Positions 28,245 through 37,154 of a DNA stretch of 64,000 bases are shown here, piece by piece. The stretch is from Paracoccaceae bacterium (GTDB lineage Bacteria; Pseudomonadota; Alphaproteobacteria; Rhodobacterales; Rhodobacteraceae), in NCBI GenBank assembly GCA_965277275.1, contig CBDICG010000002.1, positions 2,322,850 through 2,386,849 of the forward strand. Reading direction: 5' to 3'. The position numbers were made by a program, and so were the translations under genes. The notes beneath the pieces are model-generated. The model ran no database searches and was not told the origin of the DNA. It was given only the letters and a program-made list of their open reading frames with translations. Each line of letters starts with the position of its first letter. The stretch's first letter is position 1.

Positions 28245-29453
28245 GTGATTACTTTCACCGGCGCGCGGGTCTTTCTTCGCAATGAGATCGTCGAGACGAC
28301 GCTGACCATCGACGAGGGCCGCATCGCGGAGATCGGGGGCGCCGTCCGGGGCACCGAGGTCGCCGCCCCGGGGCGCCTGCTGGCTCCGGCGTTGATCGAC
28401 GTGCATGGCGATGCGTTCGAACGCCAGCTCATGCCGCGCACCGGCGTGTTCTTCCCGGTCGAGCAAGCCGTGCTGGAAACGGACAGGCAGCTTGCGGCCA
28501 ACGGGATCGCGACCGCCTACCATTCCATCACGCTGAGCTTCGAACCCGGTCTGCGGAGTGTCGCGACCGCGCGCCGGATCATGGAGTCGATCCGCAGCCT
28601 CGCCCCGCGCCTTACCGTCGAGAACAGGGTCCAGCTGCGGTGGGAGACGTTCGCCCACGAGGCGCTCGACACGCTCGATTGGGCGTTCGAGGCGCCGCTC
28701 AAGCCGTCGCTCGCCTTCAACGACCACCTGTCGATGGGCCTGCGCAGCTTCGACACACCGATCCAGGAGCGTCTGTGGGAGCACAACCCGGCCTACGCAG
28801 TGGTCGATCTGGAAGACCCGGAGCTGCCGCACCGGCGCTGGGCCAAAGTCGCGGCGCGCACCGGAATGGATCTGCCGGAGTTCATGGCGATGATCCGCGA
28901 GGTCTGGGCGCGCCGGCCCGACGTCGTGCCGACGATGAAGGCCCTCGCAGCGAAGGCACGCGCGCGCGGCATCCCGATGCTCAGCCACGACGATACGCAG
29001 GCTGAAACGCGGGCGTTCTATCGCGGGCTGGGCGCAACGACCACGGAGTTTCCGATGACGATGCCCCCGACGCAGGACGCGCGGGACAACGGCGACCTGA
29101 TCGTCTTTGGCTCCCCCAACGTTGTGCGCGGCGGCAGTCACATCGGCTCACTCGGGGCGGCGGATATGGTGGAGGCGGGGCTCTGCGATCTTCTGGCGTC
29201 CGATTATTACTACCCTGCGATGCTCGCCGCCATCGCCCGGCTCGACCGCGAGAAGCGCGCCGGGCGTCTTGCGCTCTGGTCGCTCGTCTCGTCTGGCCCG
29301 GCCCGGGCGATGGGGCTGACGGATCGCGGCGAGATTGCCCCCGGCAAACGCGCCGATCTCGTGCTGGTCGACTGGCCGCCGGGCGGAATACCGGCAATCC
29401 AGGGGACGTGGGTCGCGGGCCGGCCCGCCTATCGCGCTGTTCCAGCGGGGTAA
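28245..29453 (+). CDS. phnM: PhnM-like amidohydrolase (alpha-D-ribose 1-methylphosphonate 5-triphosphate diphosphatase paralog)
   Basis: LIDVHGDAFERQLMPR, SHDD, EFP, GSPNVVRGGSH, LASDYY, GKRADLV. GTG after GGGGAAG. Confidence 0.85.
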   Translation: MITFTGARVFLRNEIVETTLTIDEGRIAEIGGAVRGTEVAAPGRLLAPALIDVHGDAFERQLMPRTGVFFPVEQAVLETDRQLAANGIATAYHSITLSFEPGLRSVATARRIMESIRSLAPRLTVENRVQLRWETFAHEALDTLDWAFEAPLKPSLAFNDHLSMGLRSFDTPIQERLWEHNPAYAVVDLEDPELPHRRWAKVAARTGMDLPEFMAMIREVWARRPDVVPTMKALAAKARARGIPMLSHDDTQAETRAFYRGLGATTTEFPMTMPPTQDARDNGDLIVFGSPNVVRGGSHIGSLGAADMVEAGLCDLLASDYYYPAMLAAIARLDREKRAGRLALWSLVSSGPARAMGLTDRGEIAPGKRADLVLVDWPPGGIPAIQGTWVAGRPAYRAVPAG

Positions 29454-29529
29454 AACCAACGGGCCCGCGCGACGTGCGGTCAGACGCCCCATACCGGAGC
29501 CGGGACCAGTCTCGTCACGCGCCGCTGCG

Positions 29530-31035
29530 CTATTGCGCGACTGCGGCGTTGAGAACTGGGGCGCAGGGCGCTTCCAGCTCGGCTCGGGAGACACTTTGCA
29601 TTGCCGACGGGTCGCTCCAGAGAAGATGCCGCGGCTCGGCCTCCACGAACGGGAGCGTTTCGCCCGACAGTGCCGACAGGATCGCGCGATAGACGTTCAC
29701 CGTCGAAAAACCGGGCGCTTCGTAGGCCGCTAGCGCCTCTGTCACGCCCGGCACGTCGCTGTAGACCGCCACGAAGGTGCGCAACCGCTCGCCCATGCAG
29801 GTCAACGCGGGGCTCTCCTGATCGAGATAGGCGCCGGGGCCATGATCGCCGTGGATCACCACGATCCTGGGGCCTTCGGGCAGCGCATCGAGCTGCCGGA
29901 GCAAGGCGCCTTCGATAAAGAGCGCCTTTTCGCGGTATCCGACCTTGTAGGCATCGCGGCGTTCCGCGCTTCCGGCGATCAGGTGGCTACCGTCGAAGTA
30001 GCTGTAGGACTCCGACTCGCGAGGGCTTCCGTCGGCCGCCAGTGTGAAGGGCGGGTGCGGCGCAATGAGGTGCTGGTAGTAGAAGAAGGGCTGCGGCAGC
30101 TCCGCCAGTGTCCCCGGTGCAAGAGCTTCAAGCAGCATGTCGTTGTGGATCGCGCCGAAGTAGTTCCCGGCCCCACGCAGAAGATACGTGTCAAGCGGGG
30201 AGAGCGCCAAGCCATCACCGGTCACGCGCTGAGCGCCGCCAAAGTCGACGAAGGCATAGCCGCTTTCGGCCCGCGCAAAAGTGTAGCCCGCCGCCTCGAG
30301 GGTCGCCGGAACGGGCCCGTGCCGGATCGTGTGGGCGAGATCCCCGCGCAACCGGATCGGCGCGCGCCCGTCTGCGCCCATGTCGACGGGCGCGCCGGAA
30401 AGCACCGACGCCATCGAAGGCAACGTCTGGCTGTAGGGTGTCACAGCGTCTTCGATCACCACGAAGCCGCGTTCCTGCAGCGCACCGAAGAACGGTCCGG
30501 TGTCGTGCTGGTAGATGTCGGCGAGTGTCTCGGAGGCACCGTAGCCGTCGAGGACGATATGCACGATCGAGGGCGTTTCGCGCAGTGTGAGGTCCCCCAG
30601 GTCCGGAAACTCGGGAGCAACATCCACCACCGCGCGCTCCGCTGTCTGGAACTGTACGGCAGGGCTCACGGCGCCGTAGAACAGCACCGCACCGGCCACC
30701 ATCAGAACAAGCGATGCGTTCTCGTAGGCCCGCGATCGGTCGACAATGGCAGCCAGCAGCGCCACGCTCCCGATCACAAGGGGGATGAAGGGATGCACCT
30801 GCGTCAGCAGCACCCCCAGCGCCAGGATCGCGGCCGCGACGCTCGCCTTGGCGGGCGTGTAGCCCAGCCGCTGGAGCCCCAGCGCCGCGAGCGCCACCAC
30901 AAGCACCGCCACAAACGCGGCGCGGTGTGCGTCCCACAGCGCGTAGGAGCCCCCGAAGAAGGCCCACGCCTTGTAGGGCGCCACGGCCACGAGGAGCATT
31001 GCGCCGTAGGGCAGGGCCCGCATCAGGCGTATCAT
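29530..31035 (-). CDS. Membrane protein with C-terminal alkaline-phosphatase-superfamily (LtaS/sulfatase-like) domain
   Basis: N-terminal TM helices; HIVLDGY, YSQTLPS, HLIAPHPPF, VIHGDHG. ATGA-coupled to the upstream gene. Confidence 0.82.
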   Translation of the reverse strand: MIRLMRALPYGAMLLVAVAPYKAWAFFGGSYALWDAHRAAFVAVLVVALAALGLQRLGYTPAKASVAAAILALGVLLTQVHPFIPLVIGSVALLAAIVDRSRAYENASLVLMVAGAVLFYGAVSPAVQFQTAERAVVDVAPEFPDLGDLTLRETPSIVHIVLDGYGASETLADIYQHDTGPFFGALQERGFVVIEDAVTPYSQTLPSMASVLSGAPVDMGADGRAPIRLRGDLAHTIRHGPVPATLEAAGYTFARAESGYAFVDFGGAQRVTGDGLALSPLDTYLLRGAGNYFGAIHNDMLLEALAPGTLAELPQPFFYYQHLIAPHPPFTLAADGSPRESESYSYFDGSHLIAGSAERRDAYKVGYREKALFIEGALLRQLDALPEGPRIVVIHGDHGPGAYLDQESPALTCMGERLRTFVAVYSDVPGVTEALAAYEAPGFSTVNVYRAILSALSGETLPFVEAEPRHLLWSDPSAMQSVSRAELEAPCAPVLNAAVAQ

Positions 31036-32438
31036 CGCGCGCGTCTCTCGAACTCGTAGATCACCCGTCCGCTGGCGCTTACGGGCGTTGCGCTGACAAT
31101 GGTCGCACACCGCGACAGCGCCGCCTTGAACGCCTCTTCGGTGTAGTCGTCGAAGATATCCTCGCGCAGGCGCAGCATGGCTTGCACCGTTGGGTCGGAT
31201 TTCGGGACGTACTCGATCAGGCCGCGCGGTGCGCGGGCCACGATCCACGCCACAAGCTGGTCGAGCGGCGTGTTCTTGGCGATGGCGAGGTGGTGGATGA
31301 AGGCCAGTGCCGACACGCCGTCCGCCTGTGCGCGGCTGTCAAAGCCGTCGCGCTCCGCCTGCGCCCAGCCCTGGCCGGGGCTCGGATTCGCGGCGTCGAG
31401 GAAGAGCGGCAGGAGCGGCAGATCCTTGTCAACCGCGCGCTGATACGCCTTGTCGAGCGCGTCGGTATCGAAATCGAAGCCCACGGCGCTCTGCGCCCCG
31501 CCCTCAAGCGCGGCCTCGGCGAAATATCCGCTGTTGCACCCCAGATCGATCATCAGTCCGGGCCGATGCCGCGCCGCGAAGTCCGCCACGACAGCCCGCT
31601 TTTGTGCTGCTTCGTCGTCGGAATAGGTGTTTGCGTCGGCATAATCGGCCCAGACGGAGGGGTCGGTGTCCTTCGGGCGCATCCCGGCAATCCAGCTGCG
31701 GAGCTGGCGCAGGAGCCCTTCGTAGCCGCGCTTCGGCAGGCCCTTCCCGGCGCTCGGCCCGGAGGCGGCCTGCAATGCGTCGCGCTGCGTGCCCTTCTGG
31801 TAGCGCGCGGGCAGGAAGACATGCGCCGCCATGCGCAGCGACAGCCGCTTTCGCAGCGGCAAGAGCCGGGCGATCTGGTCGGTGCCGATGCCCTCCAGCG
31901 CACCGCGATACCAGGCGTTGTGGGTGATCCCCAGTTCGGAGCGCAGCAGGAGCGGGTTCAGGAATTGCTCGCAGAACTGGCCATGCGCGGCCCAGAACTC
32001 GCCCTCGGTGTAGGGGCGGAAGGACAGATGATCGATGAAGACCGGCCGATGCCCGTCGAACTGGACGTTGTAGGCGGTCGCGTCGCTGAGCGTCAGCCCG
32101 GCCTCCAGCGCGTCGAGCGCGATGTCGAGGTGCAGGAGTGCCGCCGCCCGAAGCTGCCGGAACGACCATTCGTAGGGGTACGAGATCAGCGGCAACCGGG
32201 GATGCTCGAGCACGTAATGCGCCGTGGGAAAGAGCGTCGCCAGCTCGGGATCGGACAGCACCGAAAACGGCACCAGCCGTCCGTCGTCGACCAGCCGATC
32301 CAGAAAGCCGGTCTCGCGCACGGCGGCAAAAGCCGTGGCACCCGCCGCCGTCACGGTCCGCAGGATGCGGCCCTCATGCTCGTAGACCCGCCCCGCGGGA
32401 TCGCGGAACGAGCCGGCAACCGCCCAGTCGAGGCTCAT
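31032..32438 (-). CDS. Kinase-like N-terminal domain fused to a class I SAM-dependent methyltransferase
   Basis: LSDATAYNV and VFID resemble D-x4-N and DFG; C-terminal IDLGCNSG, GFDFD, LAFIHHL. ATGA overlaps at both ends. Confidence 0.8.
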   Translation of the reverse strand: MSLDWAVAGSFRDPAGRVYEHEGRILRTVTAAGATAFAAVRETGFLDRLVDDGRLVPFSVLSDPELATLFPTAHYVLEHPRLPLISYPYEWSFRQLRAAALLHLDIALDALEAGLTLSDATAYNVQFDGHRPVFIDHLSFRPYTEGEFWAAHGQFCEQFLNPLLLRSELGITHNAWYRGALEGIGTDQIARLLPLRKRLSLRMAAHVFLPARYQKGTQRDALQAASGPSAGKGLPKRGYEGLLRQLRSWIAGMRPKDTDPSVWADYADANTYSDDEAAQKRAVVADFAARHRPGLMIDLGCNSGYFAEAALEGGAQSAVGFDFDTDALDKAYQRAVDKDLPLLPLFLDAANPSPGQGWAQAERDGFDSRAQADGVSALAFIHHLAIAKNTPLDQLVAWIVARAPRGLIEYVPKSDPTVQAMLRLREDIFDDYTEEAFKAALSRCATIVSATPVSASGRVIYEFERRAR

Positions 32439-32665
32439 TGCTCGGGTCCGGCCGGCGTCTCTGCGGGTTCGCGGCCCAGAAGCCGGTTGAAGAACGCGCG
32501 TACCTTGGCGATGTAGACGCCCGCGAGCGTCGCCGCCGCTGCGATCCCACCAATGAGGGATTGCACGATCAGCGTCCCCGTGGCCGGGTCGATATAGGCG
32601 TGCGCCGGCATGGTGCTGGCCAGGCTGGCAATCAGGGCAAGGTTTGCGAGTGCGATCTTTTGCAT
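32435..32665 (-). CDS. Small membrane/secreted protein (HAYIDPATG type, 76 aa)
   Basis: Signal-like N-terminus, AYIDPATG, one hydrophobic helix; GAAGGGG RBS; ATGA coupling. Confidence 0.8.
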   Translation of the reverse strand: MQKIALANLALIASLASTMPAHAYIDPATGTLIVQSLIGGIAAAATLAGVYIAKVRAFFNRLLGREPAETPAGPEQ

Positions 32666-32882
32666 GATGTTTCCCCTTCACATCCGGTCCCGACCGCTTT
32701 CACGCCTGAAGATGGCGAGATTGAGCCACAAAGAGGGATTTGTCAGGCGACAGGGGACAATGCCGTTCAATTCCGAGCGCTGAGCGCGAAAGCAGTGCCA
32801 ATGCCACCACCGAGGCGATGGCATTCTGCTCTCCGTTCCGTGGCCCTGTTGGCTCCGGGGGTCCCGATAGCGCTGCCGGGGC

Positions 32883-35800
32883 TCAAACCATCGCGACGTC
32901 CGTGAACGCGAAGTTCGCCTCGCTCAATCCCGCCAGCTGCACATCCTCGAAGGTCACCGAGCCGCCGTCCGAGAACGAGAGTTGCGCGTTGCCATCCGCC
33001 GCGCTGGCCAGTGCCAGCGTGTCGTAGGTCAGGTCGAAGCCAACGAGCGACACGACATCCTCGGCGACATCGAAGTCCGTGATCGCGTCGGCCCCGTCCC
33101 CTTCGGCGACCACGAACAGGTCTGCACCCCGGCCCCCCGTAAGGACATCATCGCCCGCGCCGCCGATCAGGATGTCGTCACCCCGCTGTGCGACGAGGGT
33201 GTTCGCCGCATCCGAGCCGCGCAGGATATCATCGCCGTCTCCGGAAACCGCATTCTCGATCGCACTGCCCGCCGAGAGCGTCACAAAGGTTTGCCCGCCC
33301 ACCGTGCTGCTTGCCCCGGCAGCAAGGCTGACATCCAGATCGCCCGTCATCGCGGCCATGTTCAGCCAATCCGCCCCACCGTCCGTATCGTCGAGCAGCA
33401 CGCGGGCGGGATCGTCCGCAGGCGCGGTCGGGGTACCCCCGGCACCGTCCGGAACGGACGCCGCGAAGACCTCATCGGTGTAGTGGTAGGTGTCATCGCC
33501 AGCATTGGCCGAAGCGATCTCGGCGCCGTACCACGTTATCTCGAAGGCTTCGAGCACCGCGCCGCCCGTATCCGGGTCGATGATCTCCAGCGTCCAGAGG
33601 CCGTCGCCCGACGCCGTCTCGCCGAGGAACGCTTCGGCCCCGAACGACCAGTCGAGCGGGCCCACGGGCGCCTCGCCGTCGCCGAGCACCTGCACCCGCG
33701 TGCCCGATGCCGAGGTCAGGAATACGTCGACGGAGGAATCCGACAGGGTCAGCGACACGTAGACATGCTCGACCCCCATCGCGACCGCACTCAGATCAAA
33801 CGTCAGCGGCAGCGAGGCACCCACCGCCTGCGGCCCGGCGGAGGCCACCAAGTAGCTCATCTCGTTGGCGCTCGTCTGCGCGACGTCGAAGAGACTCCAC
33901 GCCTCGGCCATCCGGACGGCGGCGTTGACGTTGACGATGCCGAAGCCGTAATCGGGCGAGAAGTGCATCCCGCCGCCGTTCCAGTTCTCCGCGCCGTTCT
34001 CGACCCAATCGAAGTCCGTGCTGCCGAAGAGATCGTCGAAGATGCCGCCAATGATGCTGCCGCTCGTCGGGTCCTCGGGGTCGCTGAAGGTGGCGGAGAG
34101 GGCGAGGATGTTCTGCACATCGCGCCAGCCGAGCCCCGGCGCGGCTTCCAGCATCAGCGCCGTGACGGCCGATACGATCGGCGCCGAGGCCGACGTGCCG
34201 CCAAAGCCCGTCAGGCTGCCGGTGCCGGTGTAGTCGCCCTCGGCGTAGCCCGCCGAGCCCATGAGGTCGGTCGTCAGTACGCCGCGGTCGAGGAACAGCT
34301 CCCCGCTCGACGGCGCCGTCACCAGCACGTTCGCGCCGTGGTTGGAATAGGACGCCGCCGCCCCGCTCTCGCTCACGGCAGCCACGGTGATCGAATGGCG
34401 CGACGCGTCGATCAGGTCGCCCGAAGAGTTCGCCGTCGCGTTTCCGGCGGACTTGACGAGGATCGTCCCCAGCCCGTCGCGCCCTGTCGTTGAGGCATGG
34501 TCGAAGGCGATGAGCGTCTTGCCGAAGAGGTCGGCGGGCGCGGGATCGTCCGGCTCGAAGCCGGGCGAGGCGCCCCAGCTGTTATTGACCACATCGAACG
34601 CGGCCATCTGCATGACGGCCTCGAAGTAATCCGTCAGGTCCGGCGAATTCGCGCCCGCCACCCCGTCGATGATGTTGACCCCGGTGATGCTGGCGTTGAA
34701 CGCACCGCCGACGATCCCCGTCCCGTCCGCCTCTGCGGCGATGATCCCGGCCACGGCCGTTCCGTGCGCGGCGGTACCGGTCGAGGGGTCGAGCACGTTG
34801 CCCGCCACGGTCACGTGCATGCTGGCGTCGTAGTTGCCGTCGAGGTCCGGGTGGCTCCACTGCACCCCGTCGTCATAGATCGCGACGGACACGCCCGCGC
34901 CGGTGTAATCCACCCAGATCTCTTCGATCGTGCCGATGGCCTGCAGGTGCCATTGCTCGGCGTAGCGGTCATCGGTGGGGGTGAAGCGAGGCGGGGCGGA
35001 CGCGAGCAGAATGTCGGTCACGCCCCAGTTCCACGACGGATCGCCGATATAGCGGAATTCGATCTCGTTTGTGCCCGGCACCTGCGCGGCGGCGGCAATG
35101 TAGAAGTCGTGTTCCGAGAACGCATCGTTCGATCCGCCCGGCAGGATGCCGTAGGAAACGCCGTTGACGAACACCTCGATCTCGTCCGCCGCGTCCATGT
35201 CCCACGCGCGGAAGCTCAGGAGCAGATCCTCGCCTGTACTCTCGAAGATGGCCGTTGGGCCTTCGGTGTCGGACAGGCCGTTCAGCCCGCGCCCGAAGGT
35301 GGCATCCGCCGTCTCGCCGATCACCAGTTCCAGATCGGGGATGTCGGGGGGCGGTGGCGGGGGTGGGGGGGCGACGTCGAGCAGGATGTCCGTCACGCCC
35401 CAGTTCCAGTTGGACGCACCGATGTAGCGGAATTCGATCTCGTTGGTGCCGCTGAGCTGTTCGCCCGCCGGGATCAGGATCTCGACGTCGTTGAACCCGT
35501 TGTTGGAGCCTTTCGCGACCACGCCGTAGGACGCCCCGTTGACGAAGATCTCCACTTCGTTCGCCGCGTCCATGTCCCATGCGCGGAAGGTGAGCAGCAG
35601 GTCCTCACCGGTGCCCTCGAACGTCGCGGTGCGGCCCTCGGTGTCCGTGAGGCCGTTGAGGCCCTTGCCGAACGTCACGTCCGACATCTCACCCAGCACC
35701 AGCGCAAGGACACCGCCCGTTGGCTCAGGGTCCGGAGCGACGTCGAGCAGGATGTCCGTCACGCCCCAGTTCCAGTTGGACGCACCGATGTAGCGGAATT

Positions 35801-36827
35801 CGATCTCGTTCGTGCCGGAGAGCTGTTCGCCCGCCTGGATCAGGATCTCGACGTCGTTGAACCCGTTGTTGGAGCCCTTCGCGACCACGCCGTAGGACGC
35901 GCCGTTGACGAAGATCTCCACTTCGTTCGCCGCGTCCATGTCCCATGCGCGGAAGGTGAGCAGCAGGTCCTCGCCAGAGCCCTCGAACGTCGCGGTGCGG
36001 CCCTCGGTGTCCGTGAGGCCGTTGAGGCCCTTGCCGAACGTCACGTCGGCGGGCGCACCCAAAGCTAACGCGAAATCGCCTGAGGTCGGCTCGGGTGGTG
36101 GGGGGGCGACGTCGAGCAGGATGTCCGTCACGCCCCAGTTCCACCCTGCATCGCCGATATAGCGGAACTCGATCTCATTCGTACCGGAGAGCTGCTCGCC
36201 CGCCGGGATCAGCACTTCGTGCGTGTTGAACCCGTTGTTGGAGCCCTTCGCGACCACGCCGTAGGACGCGCCATTGACGAAGATCTCCACTTCGTTGGCG
36301 GCGTCCATGTCCCAGGCTTCGAAGGTCAGGAGCAGGTCCTCGCCCGTGCCCTCGAACGTCGCGGTGCGACCCTCGGTGTCCGTGAGGCCGTTGAGGCCCT
36401 TGCCGAACGTCACGTCCGCCGCTTCCCCGAGAACGAGGGCGAAATCCCCCGTGGTCGGGTCCTGCGGGGGCGCGACGTCGAGCAGGATGTCGGTCACGCC
36501 CCAGTTCCAGCTCGGATCGCCGATATAGCGGAATTCGATCTCGTTCGTGCCCGAGAGCTGGTTTGCGCCGGGGATCAGGAACTCGACATCGTTGAAGCCG
36601 TTGTTCACGCCCTTGGCCACGACCCCGTAGGACACGCCGTTGACGAACACCTCCACCTCGTTGGCGGCGTCCATGTCCCATGCGCGGAAGGTCAGGAGCA
36701 GGTCTTCGCCCGTGCTTTCGAAGGTAGCGGTAGGACCATCGGTGTCGGTCAGGCCGTTCAGACCCTTGCCGAAGGTCTCGGTGCTTGCCGCGCCAACGAC
36801 AAGGATCAAATCCGGATTGGTCGTCAT
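32883..36827 (-). CDS. Kexin-like S8 protease with five N-terminal ~122-aa repeats, P-domain and RTX tail
   Basis: IYDDGV, HGTAVAG, SAGN, GTSASAP; P-domain (GLWTLEIID); GGAGDDVLTGGRGADLF and ITDFDVAEDVVSL at the C-terminus. Confidence 0.92.
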   Translation of the reverse strand: MTTNPDLILVVGAASTETFGKGLNGLTDTDGPTATFESTGEDLLLTFRAWDMDAANEVEVFVNGVSYGVVAKGVNNGFNDVEFLIPGANQLSGTNEIEFRYIGDPSWNWGVTDILLDVAPPQDPTTGDFALVLGEAADVTFGKGLNGLTDTEGRTATFEGTGEDLLLTFEAWDMDAANEVEIFVNGASYGVVAKGSNNGFNTHEVLIPAGEQLSGTNEIEFRYIGDAGWNWGVTDILLDVAPPPPEPTSGDFALALGAPADVTFGKGLNGLTDTEGRTATFEGSGEDLLLTFRAWDMDAANEVEIFVNGASYGVVAKGSNNGFNDVEILIQAGEQLSGTNEIEFRYIGASNWNWGVTDILLDVAPDPEPTGGVLALVLGEMSDVTFGKGLNGLTDTEGRTATFEGTGEDLLLTFRAWDMDAANEVEIFVNGASYGVVAKGSNNGFNDVEILIPAGEQLSGTNEIEFRYIGASNWNWGVTDILLDVAPPPPPPPPDIPDLELVIGETADATFGRGLNGLSDTEGPTAIFESTGEDLLLSFRAWDMDAADEIEVFVNGVSYGILPGGSNDAFSEHDFYIAAAAQVPGTNEIEFRYIGDPSWNWGVTDILLASAPPRFTPTDDRYAEQWHLQAIGTIEEIWVDYTGAGVSVAIYDDGVQWSHPDLDGNYDASMHVTVAGNVLDPSTGTAAHGTAVAGIIAAEADGTGIVGGAFNASITGVNIIDGVAGANSPDLTDYFEAVMQMAAFDVVNNSWGASPGFEPDDPAPADLFGKTLIAFDHASTTGRDGLGTILVKSAGNATANSSGDLIDASRHSITVAAVSESGAAASYSNHGANVLVTAPSSGELFLDRGVLTTDLMGSAGYAEGDYTGTGSLTGFGGTSASAPIVSAVTALMLEAAPGLGWRDVQNILALSATFSDPEDPTSGSIIGGIFDDLFGSTDFDWVENGAENWNGGGMHFSPDYGFGIVNVNAAVRMAEAWSLFDVAQTSANEMSYLVASAGPQAVGASLPLTFDLSAVAMGVEHVYVSLTLSDSSVDVFLTSASGTRVQVLGDGEAPVGPLDWSFGAEAFLGETASGDGLWTLEIIDPDTGGAVLEAFEITWYGAEIASANAGDDTYHYTDEVFAASVPDGAGGTPTAPADDPARVLLDDTDGGADWLNMAAMTGDLDVSLAAGASSTVGGQTFVTLSAGSAIENAVSGDGDDILRGSDAANTLVAQRGDDILIGGAGDDVLTGGRGADLFVVAEGDGADAITDFDVAEDVVSLVGFDLTYDTLALASAADGNAQLSFSDGGSVTFEDVQLAGLSEANFAFTDVAMV
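34990..36815 (-). repeat. Five intragenic tandem repeats, period about 366-375 bp
   Basis: GCGACGTCGAGCAGGATGTC recurs at about 35371, 35737, 36106 and 36472; a divergent fifth copy near 34996. Confidence 0.92.
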
Positions 36828-37154
36828 GGCTCTGAACTCTCCATCTCAATCGGGACCCACCCGTCCGCGGTGCAGCTCGAAACATCTCGGGCCCACGGCC
36901 AAATCCGGGCCACGGGCGCATTCCCTGCGGTCAAGCAGGCAGGTTGAGCCTTCAGCGAGTCAAATCGTGGCGGTGCAGGGCGCCGGACTGTCGCAGGGCG
37001 TGGGAAGGTCTCACCGGAACATGCCGCATTGTTCGGTGAGGCAGGCCATCGGCGGAGGATGTCGAATCGAGCGCTGTCGCGGCGGTTCGCAAGGCTGGCC
37101 CAGCGGGTCACCCGCGTTTCGCACGGTGTCGGACGGGGCCGTCGCCCTATGCGC

